Shown here piece after piece: positions 9,315 to 17,795 of a DNA stretch of 49,237 bases (position 1 is its first letter; each line of letters opens with the position of its first letter). The translations under genes were made by a program, and so were the position numbers. The notes beneath the pieces are model-generated. The model was not told the DNA's origin and searched no databases. It worked only from the letters and a program-made list of their open reading frames with translations. The DNA comes from an uncultured Verrucomicrobiales bacterium (GTDB lineage Bacteria > Verrucomicrobiota > Verrucomicrobiia > Verrucomicrobiales > Akkermansiaceae): assembly GCA_964021555.1 (NCBI GenBank), contig CAXIBU010000001.1:1-49237 (forward strand). The letters run 5' to 3'.

Positions 9315-9455
9315 GCCCTGAGGTAAAAGTAATCAGAAAATACTGATTGAGTTTCCGAGTGGTCGGAAAGCACGAAGCCGGAGAGCGCAGACTTGCACCC
9401 TCCGGCCCGTGATTGAAAGCGGTTAAGCTTCAGCCGAGGGCTCGGCTGGGATGGG

Positions 9456-9914
9456 TCAGGCAGGCTTGCCTGGAAGTTCGACGGAACCTCCAGCTGCTTC
9501 GATCTTACTCTTAGCAGAGGCACTGACTTTGCCAGCAACAACGGTGAGCTTCTTGCTCAGTTCGCCAACGCCAAGGACCTTGACCGCATCGAAGCGACCT
9601 TGGACCATGCCTTTCTCGCGAAGAGTCTCTTCGTTGACGGTATCGCCGCCTTCGAATTTCTCTTCGAGTTGATTGACGTTAACGATCGCGAATTTGGTCG
9701 CGAAAGTGAAGTTGTTGAATCCGCGCTTGGGAAGACGACGGTGAAGAGGCATTTGACCACCTTCGAAACCGGGGCGGATGGTGCCACCGGAACGGGCTTT
9801 TTGGCCTTTGTGTCCTTTACCGGATGTCTTACCGAGACCGGAGCTTTCGCCCTTGCCGAGACGCTTGATGCGATGCTTGGCGCCGGGACGTGGCTTGATA
9901 TCATGAAGTTTCAT
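9456..9914 (-). CDS. rplO: 50S ribosomal protein L15
   Basis: MKLHDIKPRPGAKHRIKRLGKGESSGLGKTSGKGHKGQKARSGG, with matching operon position. Confidence 0.95.
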   Translation of the reverse strand: MKLHDIKPRPGAKHRIKRLGKGESSGLGKTSGKGHKGQKARSGGTIRPGFEGGQMPLHRRLPKRGFNNFTFATKFAIVNVNQLEEKFEGGDTVNEETLREKGMVQGRFDAVKVLGVGELSKKLTVVAGKVSASAKSKIEAAGGSVELPGKPA

Positions 9915-9936
9915 AACCTGTAACTAGTGTTTGGGG

Positions 9937-10623
9937 TTAGAGTGCCTTTTCGGCGACTTTTTTGCCACGGGCACTGAGGATCTGCTCGCGGGTGCGAAGC
10001 TGAGAAAGTGCTTTGATGGTGGCTTTGACGACGTTGGCGTGGTTGTTGGAGCCAAGAGACTTGGCAAGAACGTCTTTGACGCCGACTGACTCACAGACAG
10101 CGCGCATGGCACCACCGGCGATGATTCCCGTTCCGGGAGAGGCTGGCTTAAGGAGAACCTTAGCACCGCCGTATTCAGCGTAAACATCGTGCGTGAGTGT
10201 GCCATCAACGATGGTGATACGCTCGAGGCTGTTCTTGGCAATCTCACTGGACTTGCGGATCGCTTCAGCGACTTCGTTAGCTTTACCAAAGCCGATGCCG
10301 ACACGACCTTCGTGGTCACCGGAAACGATTAGGGCTGAGAAGCTGAAACGACGACCACCTTTAACTACCTTGGCACAACGGTTGATGAAGACGACCTTCT
10401 CGGTCAGTTCTTTACCATCCGGAGCGGTAGGAGCTTGGCGTTGTTGCTGAGGGCGTGGGCCACGACGGTTTCCACCGCCACGGTTATCACCACCTCCACG
10501 ATTGTCACGACCGCCACCGCGCTGATCAGATGCAGCTGGCTTATCGGTAGTGGCAGATGGAGTCGGGGCCGGAGTGCTACCAGCCGCCTTTTCTTCGGAA
10601 TTTTTTGCTTGTTCTTCAGACAT
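9937..10623 (-). CDS. rpsE: 30S ribosomal protein S5 with an N-terminal RGG-rich extension
   Basis: Conserved core from about [26 protein letters not shown]. It is 228 aa, whereas I recall typical S5 as about 165-170 aa (a recalled figure). Confidence 0.95.
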   Translation of the reverse strand: MSEEQAKNSEEKAAGSTPAPTPSATTDKPAASDQRGGGRDNRGGGDNRGGGNRRGPRPQQQRQAPTAPDGKELTEKVVFINRCAKVVKGGRRFSFSALIVSGDHEGRVGIGFGKANEVAEAIRKSSEIAKNSLERITIVDGTLTHDVYAEYGGAKVLLKPASPGTGIIAGGAMRAVCESVGVKDVLAKSLGSNNHANVVKATIKALSQLRTREQILSARGKKVAEKAL

Positions 10624-10641
10624 GTTTAAATGCGGGCTGGA

Positions 10642-11001
10642 TTAGAATTGGAGGCCGTTTTCACGGGCGGCGTCAGCCAGGGCTTTAACCTTACCGTGGA
10701 AGACGAAACCGCCACGGTCGAAAACAACTTGTTCGATCTTAGCTTCCTTGGCGCGGCTTGCGACAAGGGCTCCGATTTTCTCAGCGGCTGCTTTGTTAGC
10801 GGAACCACCAACTTCAACTTCCTTGTCCAGAGTGGAGGCAGCGACGAGAGTCTTGCCAGCCACGTCATCGATGACTTGGGCGTATACGTGTTGGTTTGAG
10901 AAATGGATCGCCAGGCGTGGGCGCTCGGCGGTGCCAGAGATCTTGCGGCGGATGCGGCGGTGGACCTTGCGGCGGACTTCTTTGCGATTGAGTGTGCTCA
11001 T
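10642..11001 (-). CDS. rplR: 50S ribosomal protein L18
   Basis: [37 protein letters not shown], with matching operon position. Confidence 0.95.
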   Translation of the reverse strand: MSTLNRKEVRRKVHRRIRRKISGTAERPRLAIHFSNQHVYAQVIDDVAGKTLVAASTLDKEVEVGGSANKAAAEKIGALVASRAKEAKIEQVVFDRGGFVFHGKVKALADAARENGLQF

Positions 11002-11024
11002 CGTATTAATGAAAGGGTTATCGA

Positions 11025-11564
11025 TTATTTACCGACGCTCTTACCAGCTTTACGACGGACGTATTCGTCTGTGTAGCGAACCCCTTTGCCTTTGTATGGC
11101 TCAGGTGGGTAATAGGAACGAACTTCCGCGGCGAATTGACCGACGGCCTGCTTATCGATGCCTTCAACCTTGACCTTGGTGTTGCCGTCAACAGTGACGT
11201 TAACACCAGCTGGGATTGGGTGAAGGATCGGGTGAGATTTACCGAGGTTAAGATCCAGTGCCTGGCCTTTTACAGCGGCACGGAAACCAACTCCGATGAT
11301 TTCAAGGTTCTTCTCGAAGCCTTTGGAAACCCCCTCAACCATGTTGTTGATGAGGCTGCGGGCGGTCCCGTGAAGCGCCTTAAGACGGCGATTCTCTTGA
11401 ACCGGAGCGACAGTAACTTCGCTCTCTTCGACGGAAACTTCGATTCCCTCGGGAAGAGTCCAATCGAGCTTACCCTTTGGGCCCTCGACGGAAACATCTT
11501 GTCCGGAAACGGTCAATTTGACCTTCTCGGGAAGAGTGATGACTTTTTTGCCTACGCGTGACAT
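11025..11564 (-). CDS. rplF: 50S ribosomal protein L6
   Basis: [19 protein letters not shown]...GVGFRA...YKGKGVRY, with matching operon position. Confidence 0.95.
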   Translation of the reverse strand: MSRVGKKVITLPEKVKLTVSGQDVSVEGPKGKLDWTLPEGIEVSVEESEVTVAPVQENRRLKALHGTARSLINNMVEGVSKGFEKNLEIIGVGFRAAVKGQALDLNLGKSHPILHPIPAGVNVTVDGNTKVKVEGIDKQAVGQFAAEVRSYYPPEPYKGKGVRYTDEYVRRKAGKSVGK

Positions 11565-11594
11565 TTGATTATTCTCCTAATAATTGGGTTGGAA

Positions 11595-11993
11595 TTACCA
11601 AACGAAGGCGATGACTTCGCCGCCGAGTTTCTGGCGTTTGGCTTGGGAACCGCTCATGAGACCTTTAGAGGTGCTGATGATTGAAATACCAAGCCCGTTG
11701 AGAACGGAAGGAATCTCCGCTGAACTGACGTAGTTACGAAGACCTGGCTTGGAGACCCGCTTGAGGTCGGTAAGCACTGGGCGGCCGTCGTTGAACTTGG
11801 CCTTGGCCTTGATTTCAGGGAATTTGCCGTCGGTTTTGACTTCGTAGCTCCAGAGGTAGCCTTCTTCGGTAAGAATACGGGCGATCTCTGCTTTGATCTT
11901 CGAATGCGGGGCGGTGAAGGTTTCCCGGTCAGCGCGACAAGAGTTTTTGAAGCGGGTCAGGAAATCGGAAATGGGGTCACTAAGAACTGCCAT
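11595..11993 (-). CDS. rpsH: 30S ribosomal protein S8
   Basis: DPISDFLTRFKN....GGEVIAFVW. 132 aa. Confidence 0.95.
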   Translation of the reverse strand: MAVLSDPISDFLTRFKNSCRADRETFTAPHSKIKAEIARILTEEGYLWSYEVKTDGKFPEIKAKAKFNDGRPVLTDLKRVSKPGLRNYVSSAEIPSVLNGLGISIISTSKGLMSGSQAKRQKLGGEVIAFVW

Positions 11994-12005
11994 GATAATA
12001 AGTGG

Positions 12006-12584
12006 TTAGGCGTTGGCTGGCTCAGCTGAGTCAGACTTCTTTTGAATCTCACGGAACGGCATGCCGAGCATGCTGAGGAGCTGGTAGCCACTCTCGTTGT
12101 CCGTAGCGGAAGTAACGAAGATCAGGTCGAAACCGATCTGGCGTTTGATCTTATCAAGCTCGATTTCAGGAAAAATAGCCTGATCGTTGATCCCGAGGGC
12201 GTAGTTCCCACGACCATCAAAGGACTTAGGTGAGATACCGCGGAAATCGCGAATGTTCGGTGCTGTGACGTGAACGAAGCGATCAAGGAACTCCCACATG
12301 CGCTCGCCGCGAAGCGTAACGCGTGCGCCGAGGGCTTCACCCTCACGCAATTTGAAGTTGGAGACCGACTTACGGGCGTAGGTGACGGAGGGCTTCTGTC
12401 CAGTGATCTTGGAGATCTCTTCGACAGCATCTTCGACCGCTTGTTTGCGATCAGTTTGTGAGCCCATGCAGCTCGTCACGACGATTTTTTCGAGGCGTGG
12501 CACCTCGTGGATGTTGCTCACGCCCAGCTTCTCTTTGAGAGCGGGAATGAGGGTTTCCTGATATTTTTTCTTTAGAATAGACAT
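12006..12584 (-). CDS. rplE: 50S ribosomal protein L5
   Basis: LKKKYQETLIPALKEKLGVSNIHEVPRLEKIVV...RGNYALGI, with matching operon position. It has a short acidic/Ser-rich C-terminal tail. Confidence 0.95.
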   Translation of the reverse strand: MSILKKKYQETLIPALKEKLGVSNIHEVPRLEKIVVTSCMGSQTDRKQAVEDAVEEISKITGQKPSVTYARKSVSNFKLREGEALGARVTLRGERMWEFLDRFVHVTAPNIRDFRGISPKSFDGRGNYALGINDQAIFPEIELDKIKRQIGFDLIFVTSATDNESGYQLLSMLGMPFREIQKKSDSAEPANA

Positions 12585-12640
12585 AATAGCGGGTCAGCTC
12601 GGGTTTATGGCTTAAGCGCGCAATTGAAACCACCAGGGTC

Positions 12641-12880
12641 TCAATCGACTTTTTTCACATTTGAGATGTGGATCGGACCTTCCATTTCCTCGATACCGCC
12701 TTCGCGGTTCTCTTCGGTTGGACGGACGGCCTTTTTGATCATTCGAACACCTTCCACTGTGACAAAAACACCTTTTTTGGTGGTTCTGACTTCGAGGATG
12801 GTGCCACGCTTGCCCTTGTTGTTGCCAGCGATGACGGAGACGTTATCGCCTTTCTGAACGTGGGTATTGGTTTTGCTCAT
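12641..12880 (-). CDS. rplX: 50S ribosomal protein L24
   Basis: KOW motif [24 protein letters not shown]. 79 aa. Confidence 0.9.
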   Translation of the reverse strand: MSKTNTHVQKGDNVSVIAGNNKGKRGTILEVRTTKKGVFVTVEGVRMIKKAVRPTEENREGGIEEMEGPIHISNVKKVD

Positions 12881-12939
12881 TGCAGGTTGCAGTATTGCTT
12901 GGATTCTCGGGAGGGAAAGGTTCCCACTTGAGAAGGGGC

Positions 12940-12979
12940 GGAGGGCTTAACCAAGTGAAACCCACTTAGCAAGCCCTCC
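12940..12979. other. Extended stem-loop inside the rplN-rplX spacer
   Basis: GGAGGGCTT (12940-48) pairs with AAGCCCTCC (12971-79). Inner stem AAGTG (12953-57) pairs with CACTT (12963-67). On the plus strand it is followed by TTTAGAATTTTTT. Confidence 0.45.
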
Positions 12980-13008
12980 TTTAGAATTTTTTCCTTCGCC
13001 TAGCGTTC

Positions 13009-13374
13009 TTAGAGAACCTCAGGAGCGAGGGAGACGATTTTCATGAACTTCTTTTCACGAAGCTCACGGGCGACAGGTCCAAAGATACGAGTGCCTTTGG
13101 GGTTGCCGTCCTTGTCAATGATCACGGCAGCGTTCTTGTCGAAGCGCAGGATCGAACCGTCATCACGACGGATCGGAGCAGCGGTGCGAACAATAACAGC
13201 CTTGACCACGGTGCCTTTTTTGATGGAGGCAGTTGGGATGGCCTCACGGATGTGGGCCGTAATGATGTCGCCGACGTGGGCGGACTTGGTCCGCTTGCCG
13301 ATGACACCAATCATTTTTGCTTTGCGAGCGCCGGTGTTGTCGGCGACTTCAAAGCTGGATTCCATTTGAAGCAT
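13009..13374 (-). CDS. rplN: 50S ribosomal protein L14
   Basis: [24 protein letters not shown]...LAPEVL. 121 aa. Confidence 0.95.
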   Translation of the reverse strand: MLQMESSFEVADNTGARKAKMIGVIGKRTKSAHVGDIITAHIREAIPTASIKKGTVVKAVIVRTAAPIRRDDGSILRFDKNAAVIIDKDGNPKGTRIFGPVARELREKKFMKIVSLAPEVL

Positions 13375-13426
13375 GATAAACGGTTGGTTGAGTGGTTACT
13401 AGAATTTCGAGTCTTCCCAGCGCGGA

Positions 13427-13699
13427 TTAGTGCGAGAGGATCTCAGTCAAACGCCAGCGCTTCAGTTTTGAAAGCGGGCGGGTTTCGACGATGCGGACTT
13501 TGTCACCAACAGCAGCTTCCTGATTTTCGTCGTGAGCGTAGAATTTCTTCGTGCGCTTAACGATCTTCTTGAAACGTGGGTGAGGAACGCGGTTGGTGTA
13601 TTCCACGACGATGGTCTTATCCATCCCGGTAGAAACAACCAAGCCAACGCGTGATTTGGCAAGTGCCGTGGCTTCGGCTTTTGAGGATAATTCGCTCAT
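13427..13699 (-). CDS. rpsQ: 30S ribosomal protein S17
   Basis: [40 protein letters not shown]. Confidence 0.95.
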   Translation of the reverse strand: MSELSSKAEATALAKSRVGLVVSTGMDKTIVVEYTNRVPHPRFKKIVKRTKKFYAHDENQEAAVGDKVRIVETRPLSKLKRWRLTEILSH

Positions 13700-13725
13700 G
13701 ATCTTGTTACTTTGGTAGTTAGGGT

Positions 13726-13938
13726 TCAGCCGTTCTGGTCAGCGCGGTTGCGCTCATTGAGGACGGTCTGGACACGGGCGACTTCGCGGCGAACGAGGCG
13801 CAGACGAGCAGAATTCTCGAGCTGTGCGGTCGCTTGCTGCATGCGCAGGGTGAGGCTCTCTTCGCGAAGGTCGCGGAGACGCTTGTGGAGTTCGTCGACG
13901 CTGAGGTCGCGGATTTCCTTAATCTTGGTTTGGGCCAT
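13726..13938 (-). CDS. rpmC: 50S ribosomal protein L29
   Basis: 70-aa helical protein. [29 protein letters not shown], positioned between rplP and rpsQ. Confidence 0.9.
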   Translation of the reverse strand: MAQTKIKEIRDLSVDELHKRLRDLREESLTLRMQQATAQLENSARLRLVRREVARVQTVLNERNRADQNG

Positions 13939-13962
13939 GACGGTGATTCGGTTGGGGCTGAA

Positions 13963-14379
13963 TTAGTGATGTGAACGGGTCACAAAACGGGTTTTGACCC
14001 CGAGTTTGTTGGACGCAAGGCGGAGAGCCTCACGAGCGGCGGATTCGGGAACACCGGCGATCTCGAACATGACGGTGCCAGGGCGGACAACTGCGACCCA
14101 ACGGTCAACAGCACCTTTACCTTTACCCATCCGCGTTTCTGGCGGACGTCCGGTGACGGATTTGTGAGGGAAGATGCGAATCCAGACTTTACCCTTACGT
14201 TTGAGGTAGCGGTTGATGGAGATACGGCAAGCTTCGATCTGACGGTTGCTGATCCAGTCGCGGCCGAGGCACTGCAGACCGAAATCACCGAAATCGACGC
14301 TGGTTCCACGCTGCGCGTTACCGGCGCGGCTGCCGCGGTGCGACTTGCGGAACTTGGTTCTTTTGGGCATCAATGGCAT
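13963..14379 (-). CDS. rplP: 50S ribosomal protein L16
   Basis: [14 protein letters not shown]...[25 protein letters not shown]. Confidence 0.95.
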   Translation of the reverse strand: MPLMPKRTKFRKSHRGSRAGNAQRGTSVDFGDFGLQCLGRDWISNRQIEACRISINRYLKRKGKVWIRIFPHKSVTGRPPETRMGKGKGAVDRWVAVVRPGTVMFEIAGVPESAAREALRLASNKLGVKTRFVTRSHH

Positions 14380-14421
14380 GATATTTTCCTTTCGTTAAAT
14401 TATTAGTTAAACTGAGGTGAC

Positions 14422-15120
14422 TCAGCCGTTGTTACGTGGGCGGCGGGGGCGGCGATCATCTCTGCCACCACGTCCCTGGGACTTAGCAGCGATCTTTTCG
14501 TCACGCTTGTTGATCCAGCATTTGACACCAATGATGCCGTAGACGGTCTTGGCTTCAGCGAAACCGTAGTCGATTGGGACACGGAGAGTTTGGAGAGGCA
14601 CTTTGCCCTCTTTATACCATTCAGCACGGGCGATATCAGCACCACCGAGGCGGCCACCGCAGCGGACACGAATGCCTTCGGCACCGAATTCCATGGCGGT
14701 TTGGATAGCGCGCTTCATGGCGCGGCGGAAAGCGATACGACGTTCGAGCTGAACGGCGATGTTTTCTGCGACGAGTTGTGCGTCGACCTCAGGCTGACGG
14801 ATTTCGACGATGTCGATTTTGACCGGAGAACCTTTACAGATCTTGGTAAGATCAGCGGTCATTTGCTCGATCTCAGCACCCTTGCGTCCGATAACGAGAC
14901 CTGGACGAGCGGTGTGCATGGTGACACGGACGGAATTCCAAGCACGTTCGATGACTACTTTAGAGAGTGCTGCGAACTGCAGGCGGCCCTTGATGTAGTT
15001 ACGAATGGCGAGATCTTCGTGGAGATTTTCAGCGTATTCTGTGCCAGTGGAGAACCACTTTGAGCGCCAGTCTTTGCTGACTGCGAGGCGATAGCCGATC
15101 GGATTAACTTTGCGACCCAT
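14422..15120 (-). CDS. rpsC: 30S ribosomal protein S3
   Basis: [22 protein letters not shown] and KH domain [11 protein letters not shown]. It has a basic Arg-rich C-terminal tail. Confidence 0.95.
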   Translation of the reverse strand: MGRKVNPIGYRLAVSKDWRSKWFSTGTEYAENLHEDLAIRNYIKGRLQFAALSKVVIERAWNSVRVTMHTARPGLVIGRKGAEIEQMTADLTKICKGSPVKIDIVEIRQPEVDAQLVAENIAVQLERRIAFRRAMKRAIQTAMEFGAEGIRVRCGGRLGGADIARAEWYKEGKVPLQTLRVPIDYGFAEAKTVYGIIGVKCWINKRDEKIAAKSQGRGGRDDRRPRRPRNNG

Positions 15121-15148
15121 AATTCAGTGTAGGTTTTGGTTCGTTGGT

Positions 15149-15502
15149 TTACTTGGACGCCGGCTCTGGGACCTCGTCAGTTAGGATGATAGTAAGGTGG
15201 CTGCTGCGCTTCTTGATCGCACCTGCAGAACCACGGGCACGTGGCTTGAAGCGCTTGAAGGCGGGGCCCTCATCAACCACTGCTGAAAGAACGATCATGT
15301 CGTCAGCGATCAGGTCGTGGTTGTTTTCTGCGTTAGCTACAGCAGACTTGAGAGTCTTGCCGATGAGCTGGGCAGCTTTCTTGGGGGTGTAGGTGAGAAT
15401 GTCAAGCGCGGTCGAAACCGGTTGACCTTGAATTTCACGTGCGACATCGCGTGCCTTTTTGGGCGAGATGCGGGCGTATTTGTAGACGGACTTCACTTCC
15501 AT
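15149..15502 (-). CDS. rplV: 50S ribosomal protein L22
   Basis: YKYARISPKKARDVAREIQGQPVSTAL...RAGAIKKRSSHLTIIL. Confidence 0.95.
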   Translation of the reverse strand: MEVKSVYKYARISPKKARDVAREIQGQPVSTALDILTYTPKKAAQLIGKTLKSAVANAENNHDLIADDMIVLSAVVDEGPAFKRFKPRARGSAGAIKKRSSHLTIILTDEVPEPASK

Positions 15503-15526
15503 GGGATTTGCTCCTGTATAGATTCG

Positions 15527-16264
15527 TTAAGGGTTGACGGTGGTGACGGACGCGACGTCACCGTGGCGCACACCGTCATCCTGTTGATCGAGTTTTTGGA
15601 CAAAGACGCCGCAGATACGATCGCGGACGTCGGTAACAATTGTTTGAGCGACGCGTTCGTCGCCGCGAAAAATGCCAAATTGCATCCCGATGCGGGCACC
15701 ACCAGCGGAGCCGACATTGAGAACGACCAGGCCGCTCTCATCATCGATGCTGACGACGCGTGCATCGCTAAGCTCCCCTGCCCCTGGCTGGTCCGGTGCT
15801 TGTCGGAAGCCAAGGGCGAGCTCCATGGCGCGCAACTGGGCTTCGACGGTGGACCGGGCTTCGGGATCGGAATTAACGCTCTGCTTGAGGAAATCAATCA
15901 CACTTTGGGAGAGCTGGATGGCTGCCCCTTCGACCTTGAGAAGTCGATCGTTAAGTGACTGAATCTCGGCGGTGGCTTGAACGAGTTGTTCGTCGCGACC
16001 GGCGATGGCATTTACTCCGAGAGCTTCGAGCGTCTGACGTGCCTCCTTCAAGGCAGTCTCCTGTTCGGCAGCTTCACGGGTGGCCCGTGCATAGCTGGCG
16101 GTCAGGGCGCGGTTGCGTTGCTCCTGCTTCGCGAGCTGTTGCTCGAGGCGCTGGAGTTTCTGCTGAAGCTGCTCTTTGGTCACGTCCTGGGCACTGGCCA
16201 CACTAGCAGAGCCAACGGCGATAGCCGCGAGCAAGCTGAGAGATGTGGAAGTGATGAAAGACAT
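15527..16264 (-). CDS. Secreted coiled-coil protein with a C-terminal beta-rich domain, inserted between rpsS and rplV (hypothetical)
   Basis: Signal peptide MSFITSTSLSLLAAIAVGSASVASA|QD, then about 110 aa of Q/E/A/L-rich heptad-like sequence. The C-terminal part is ARVVSIDDESGLVVLNVGSAGGARIGMQFGIFRGDERVAQTIVTDV. The gaps are 39 nt to rpsS and 24 nt to rplV. Confidence 0.75.
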   Translation of the reverse strand: MSFITSTSLSLLAAIAVGSASVASAQDVTKEQLQQKLQRLEQQLAKQEQRNRALTASYARATREAAEQETALKEARQTLEALGVNAIAGRDEQLVQATAEIQSLNDRLLKVEGAAIQLSQSVIDFLKQSVNSDPEARSTVEAQLRAMELALGFRQAPDQPGAGELSDARVVSIDDESGLVVLNVGSAGGARIGMQFGIFRGDERVAQTIVTDVRDRICGVFVQKLDQQDDGVRHGDVASVTTVNP

Positions 16265-16303
16265 GACTAGTGGAGAGTAATTTGGCTTTTGCTAGATTAA
16301 GGC

Positions 16304-16573
16304 TTACTTTTTGCCGACACCGCCGTGTGCTTTGAAGATGCGTGTTGGCGCAAATTCACCGAGCTTGTGTCCGACCATGTTTTCAGTCACGTAAACGGAG
16401 ACAAATGCTTTGCCGTTGTGAACGTGGAAAGTGTGGCCGACGAAGTCAGGCGTGATCATGGAGGCGCGGCTCCATGTCTTGATTGGTTTGTGGCTGCCGG
16501 ATTCCGCTGCTGCATCAATTTTGACGAGGAGCTTCTGATCGACGAAAGGGCCTTTTTTGAGTGAACGTCCCAT
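16304..16573 (-). CDS. rpsS: 30S ribosomal protein S19
   Basis: [16 protein letters not shown]...[27 protein letters not shown]. Confidence 0.95.
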   Translation of the reverse strand: MGRSLKKGPFVDQKLLVKIDAAAESGSHKPIKTWSRASMITPDFVGHTFHVHNGKAFVSVYVTENMVGHKLGEFAPTRIFKAHGGVGKK

Positions 16574-16620
16574 AGAACTGGTTGGTTATTATCTTTAGAT
16601 TGAGAGTGGGCTAGGAAGAC

Positions 16621-17466
16621 TTAGCGGCGCTTAGACTTACGTCCTTCGACGATCATCTTGCTGCTTGCCTTATGCTTCTTGCGGGTCTTCTGGCCTTTGA
16701 CATGGCCCCAAGGTGACTTGAGGTGCTGACGACCACCACCAGATTTGGATTTGCCCTCACCACCACCGTTCGGGTGATCGACAGGGTTCATGCACATTCC
16801 GCGGACGGTTGGGCGAACGCCCTGCCAGCGGGTGCGGCCAGCTTTACCGGAGACTTCGTTCATGTGATCGCGGTTGCCGACCTGGCCGACAGTTGCGAAG
16901 CAATTTTCGTGGAAGCGGCGGATTTCGCCAGAAGGCATGCGGACGAGAGCGTAACCACCTTCACGGTTGGAAAGGACAGCTTGTTGACCAGCGGAGCGGG
17001 CAACTTTGCCGCCACAACCTGGGCGAAGCTCGATGTTGTGAATCGCGGTTCCGAGAGGAATCTTGTTCAGTGGCATGGCGTTGCCGACCTTTGGAGGGGC
17101 AGCTTGCGCGGAAGAAATGATGGTAGCGCCAACTTCAAGACCGACAGGAGCGAGGATGTAGCTCTTTTGTCCATCTTCGTATTGCACGAGAGCGATACGG
17201 CAGGTGCGGTTAGGATCGTATTCGATCGTTTTGACTTCGGCAGGAACGTCGTGTTTCTGGCGTTTGAAGTCGATCAGACGATACTTCTTCTTGTGACCAC
17301 CACCGATGTGACGGCAGGTGATGCGCCCGGTGTTGTTGCGACCGCCGCTACGCTTTTTAGTGCGCAGCAGTGATTTTTCAGGCTTCGAAGTAGTGATCTC
17401 TTCGAAGGTCGGGTGCTCCTTGTAGCGGTTAGCTGGAGTGACTGGTTTGAAACTTTTGAGAGGCAT
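16621..17466 (-). CDS. rplB: 50S ribosomal protein L2
   Basis: [22 protein letters not shown]...[14 protein letters not shown]. 281 aa. Confidence 0.95.
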   Translation of the reverse strand: MPLKSFKPVTPANRYKEHPTFEEITTSKPEKSLLRTKKRSGGRNNTGRITCRHIGGGHKKKYRLIDFKRQKHDVPAEVKTIEYDPNRTCRIALVQYEDGQKSYILAPVGLEVGATIISSAQAAPPKVGNAMPLNKIPLGTAIHNIELRPGCGGKVARSAGQQAVLSNREGGYALVRMPSGEIRRFHENCFATVGQVGNRDHMNEVSGKAGRTRWQGVRPTVRGMCMNPVDHPNGGGEGKSKSGGGRQHLKSPWGHVKGQKTRKKHKASSKMIVEGRKSKRR

Positions 17467-17508
17467 GATGTGTCCTATCAGGTTTTAAGGTTAATGGAGA
17501 CGTCTGAC

Positions 17509-17790
17509 TTAAACGAAGTCGAGGGTCTCACCGTCAGCGAGACGGACGATGGCTTTTTTCCAATGGGCGGTGCGTCCGGCGTCTGCACGACGCTTACGCT
17601 TGTCTTTGCCCAGGCAGTTGGCGGTGCGGACACCGATGACTTTCTTGCCGAAGGCGGACTCGATCGCTTTTTTGATCTCGAGCTTGTTGGCCTTACGGTC
17701 GACTTTGAACACGTATTCGTTGTTCTGCTCGTTGAGCAAAGTCGCCTTTTCGGTCAAGTGGATTGACTGGATGATATTAAGATCGCTCAT
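17509..17790 (-). CDS. rplW: 50S ribosomal protein L23
   Basis: LTEKATLLNEQNNEYVFKVDRKANKLEIKKAIESAFGKKV, with matching operon position. Confidence 0.9.
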   Translation of the reverse strand: MSDLNIIQSIHLTEKATLLNEQNNEYVFKVDRKANKLEIKKAIESAFGKKVIGVRTANCLGKDKRKRRADAGRTAHWKKAIVRLADGETLDFV

Positions 17791-17795
17791 GGGTA

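Noticed and set aside
9287-9541. 84-aa minus-strand ORF spanning the rplO-secY spacer and the 3' end of rplO
   Set aside because: It overlaps rplO in another frame and has no motif. The spacer is better explained as structured non-coding RNA.
10440-10560. Short tandem-like nucleotide repeats (also at 25990-26100), considered as a possible CRISPR or microsatellite
   Set aside because: They are in-frame coding repeats: the RGG repeats of S5 and the N/G-rich inserts of the secretin. They do not have the repeat-spacer architecture of a CRISPR array.
15317-15958. 213-aa plus-strand ORF overlapping rplV and the inserted coiled-coil gene
   Set aside because: It is antisense to two well-supported minus-strand genes, and its composition is low-information. 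It is probably an artefact of codon bias in the opposite frame.
16723-17373. 216-aa plus-strand ORF inside rplB. The same applies to 19465..20244 inside fusA and to 24805..25500 and 25612..26379 inside the secretin.
   Set aside because: All are antisense to strongly conserved or motif-bearing genes, and none has a recognisable domain. They are shadow ORFs.
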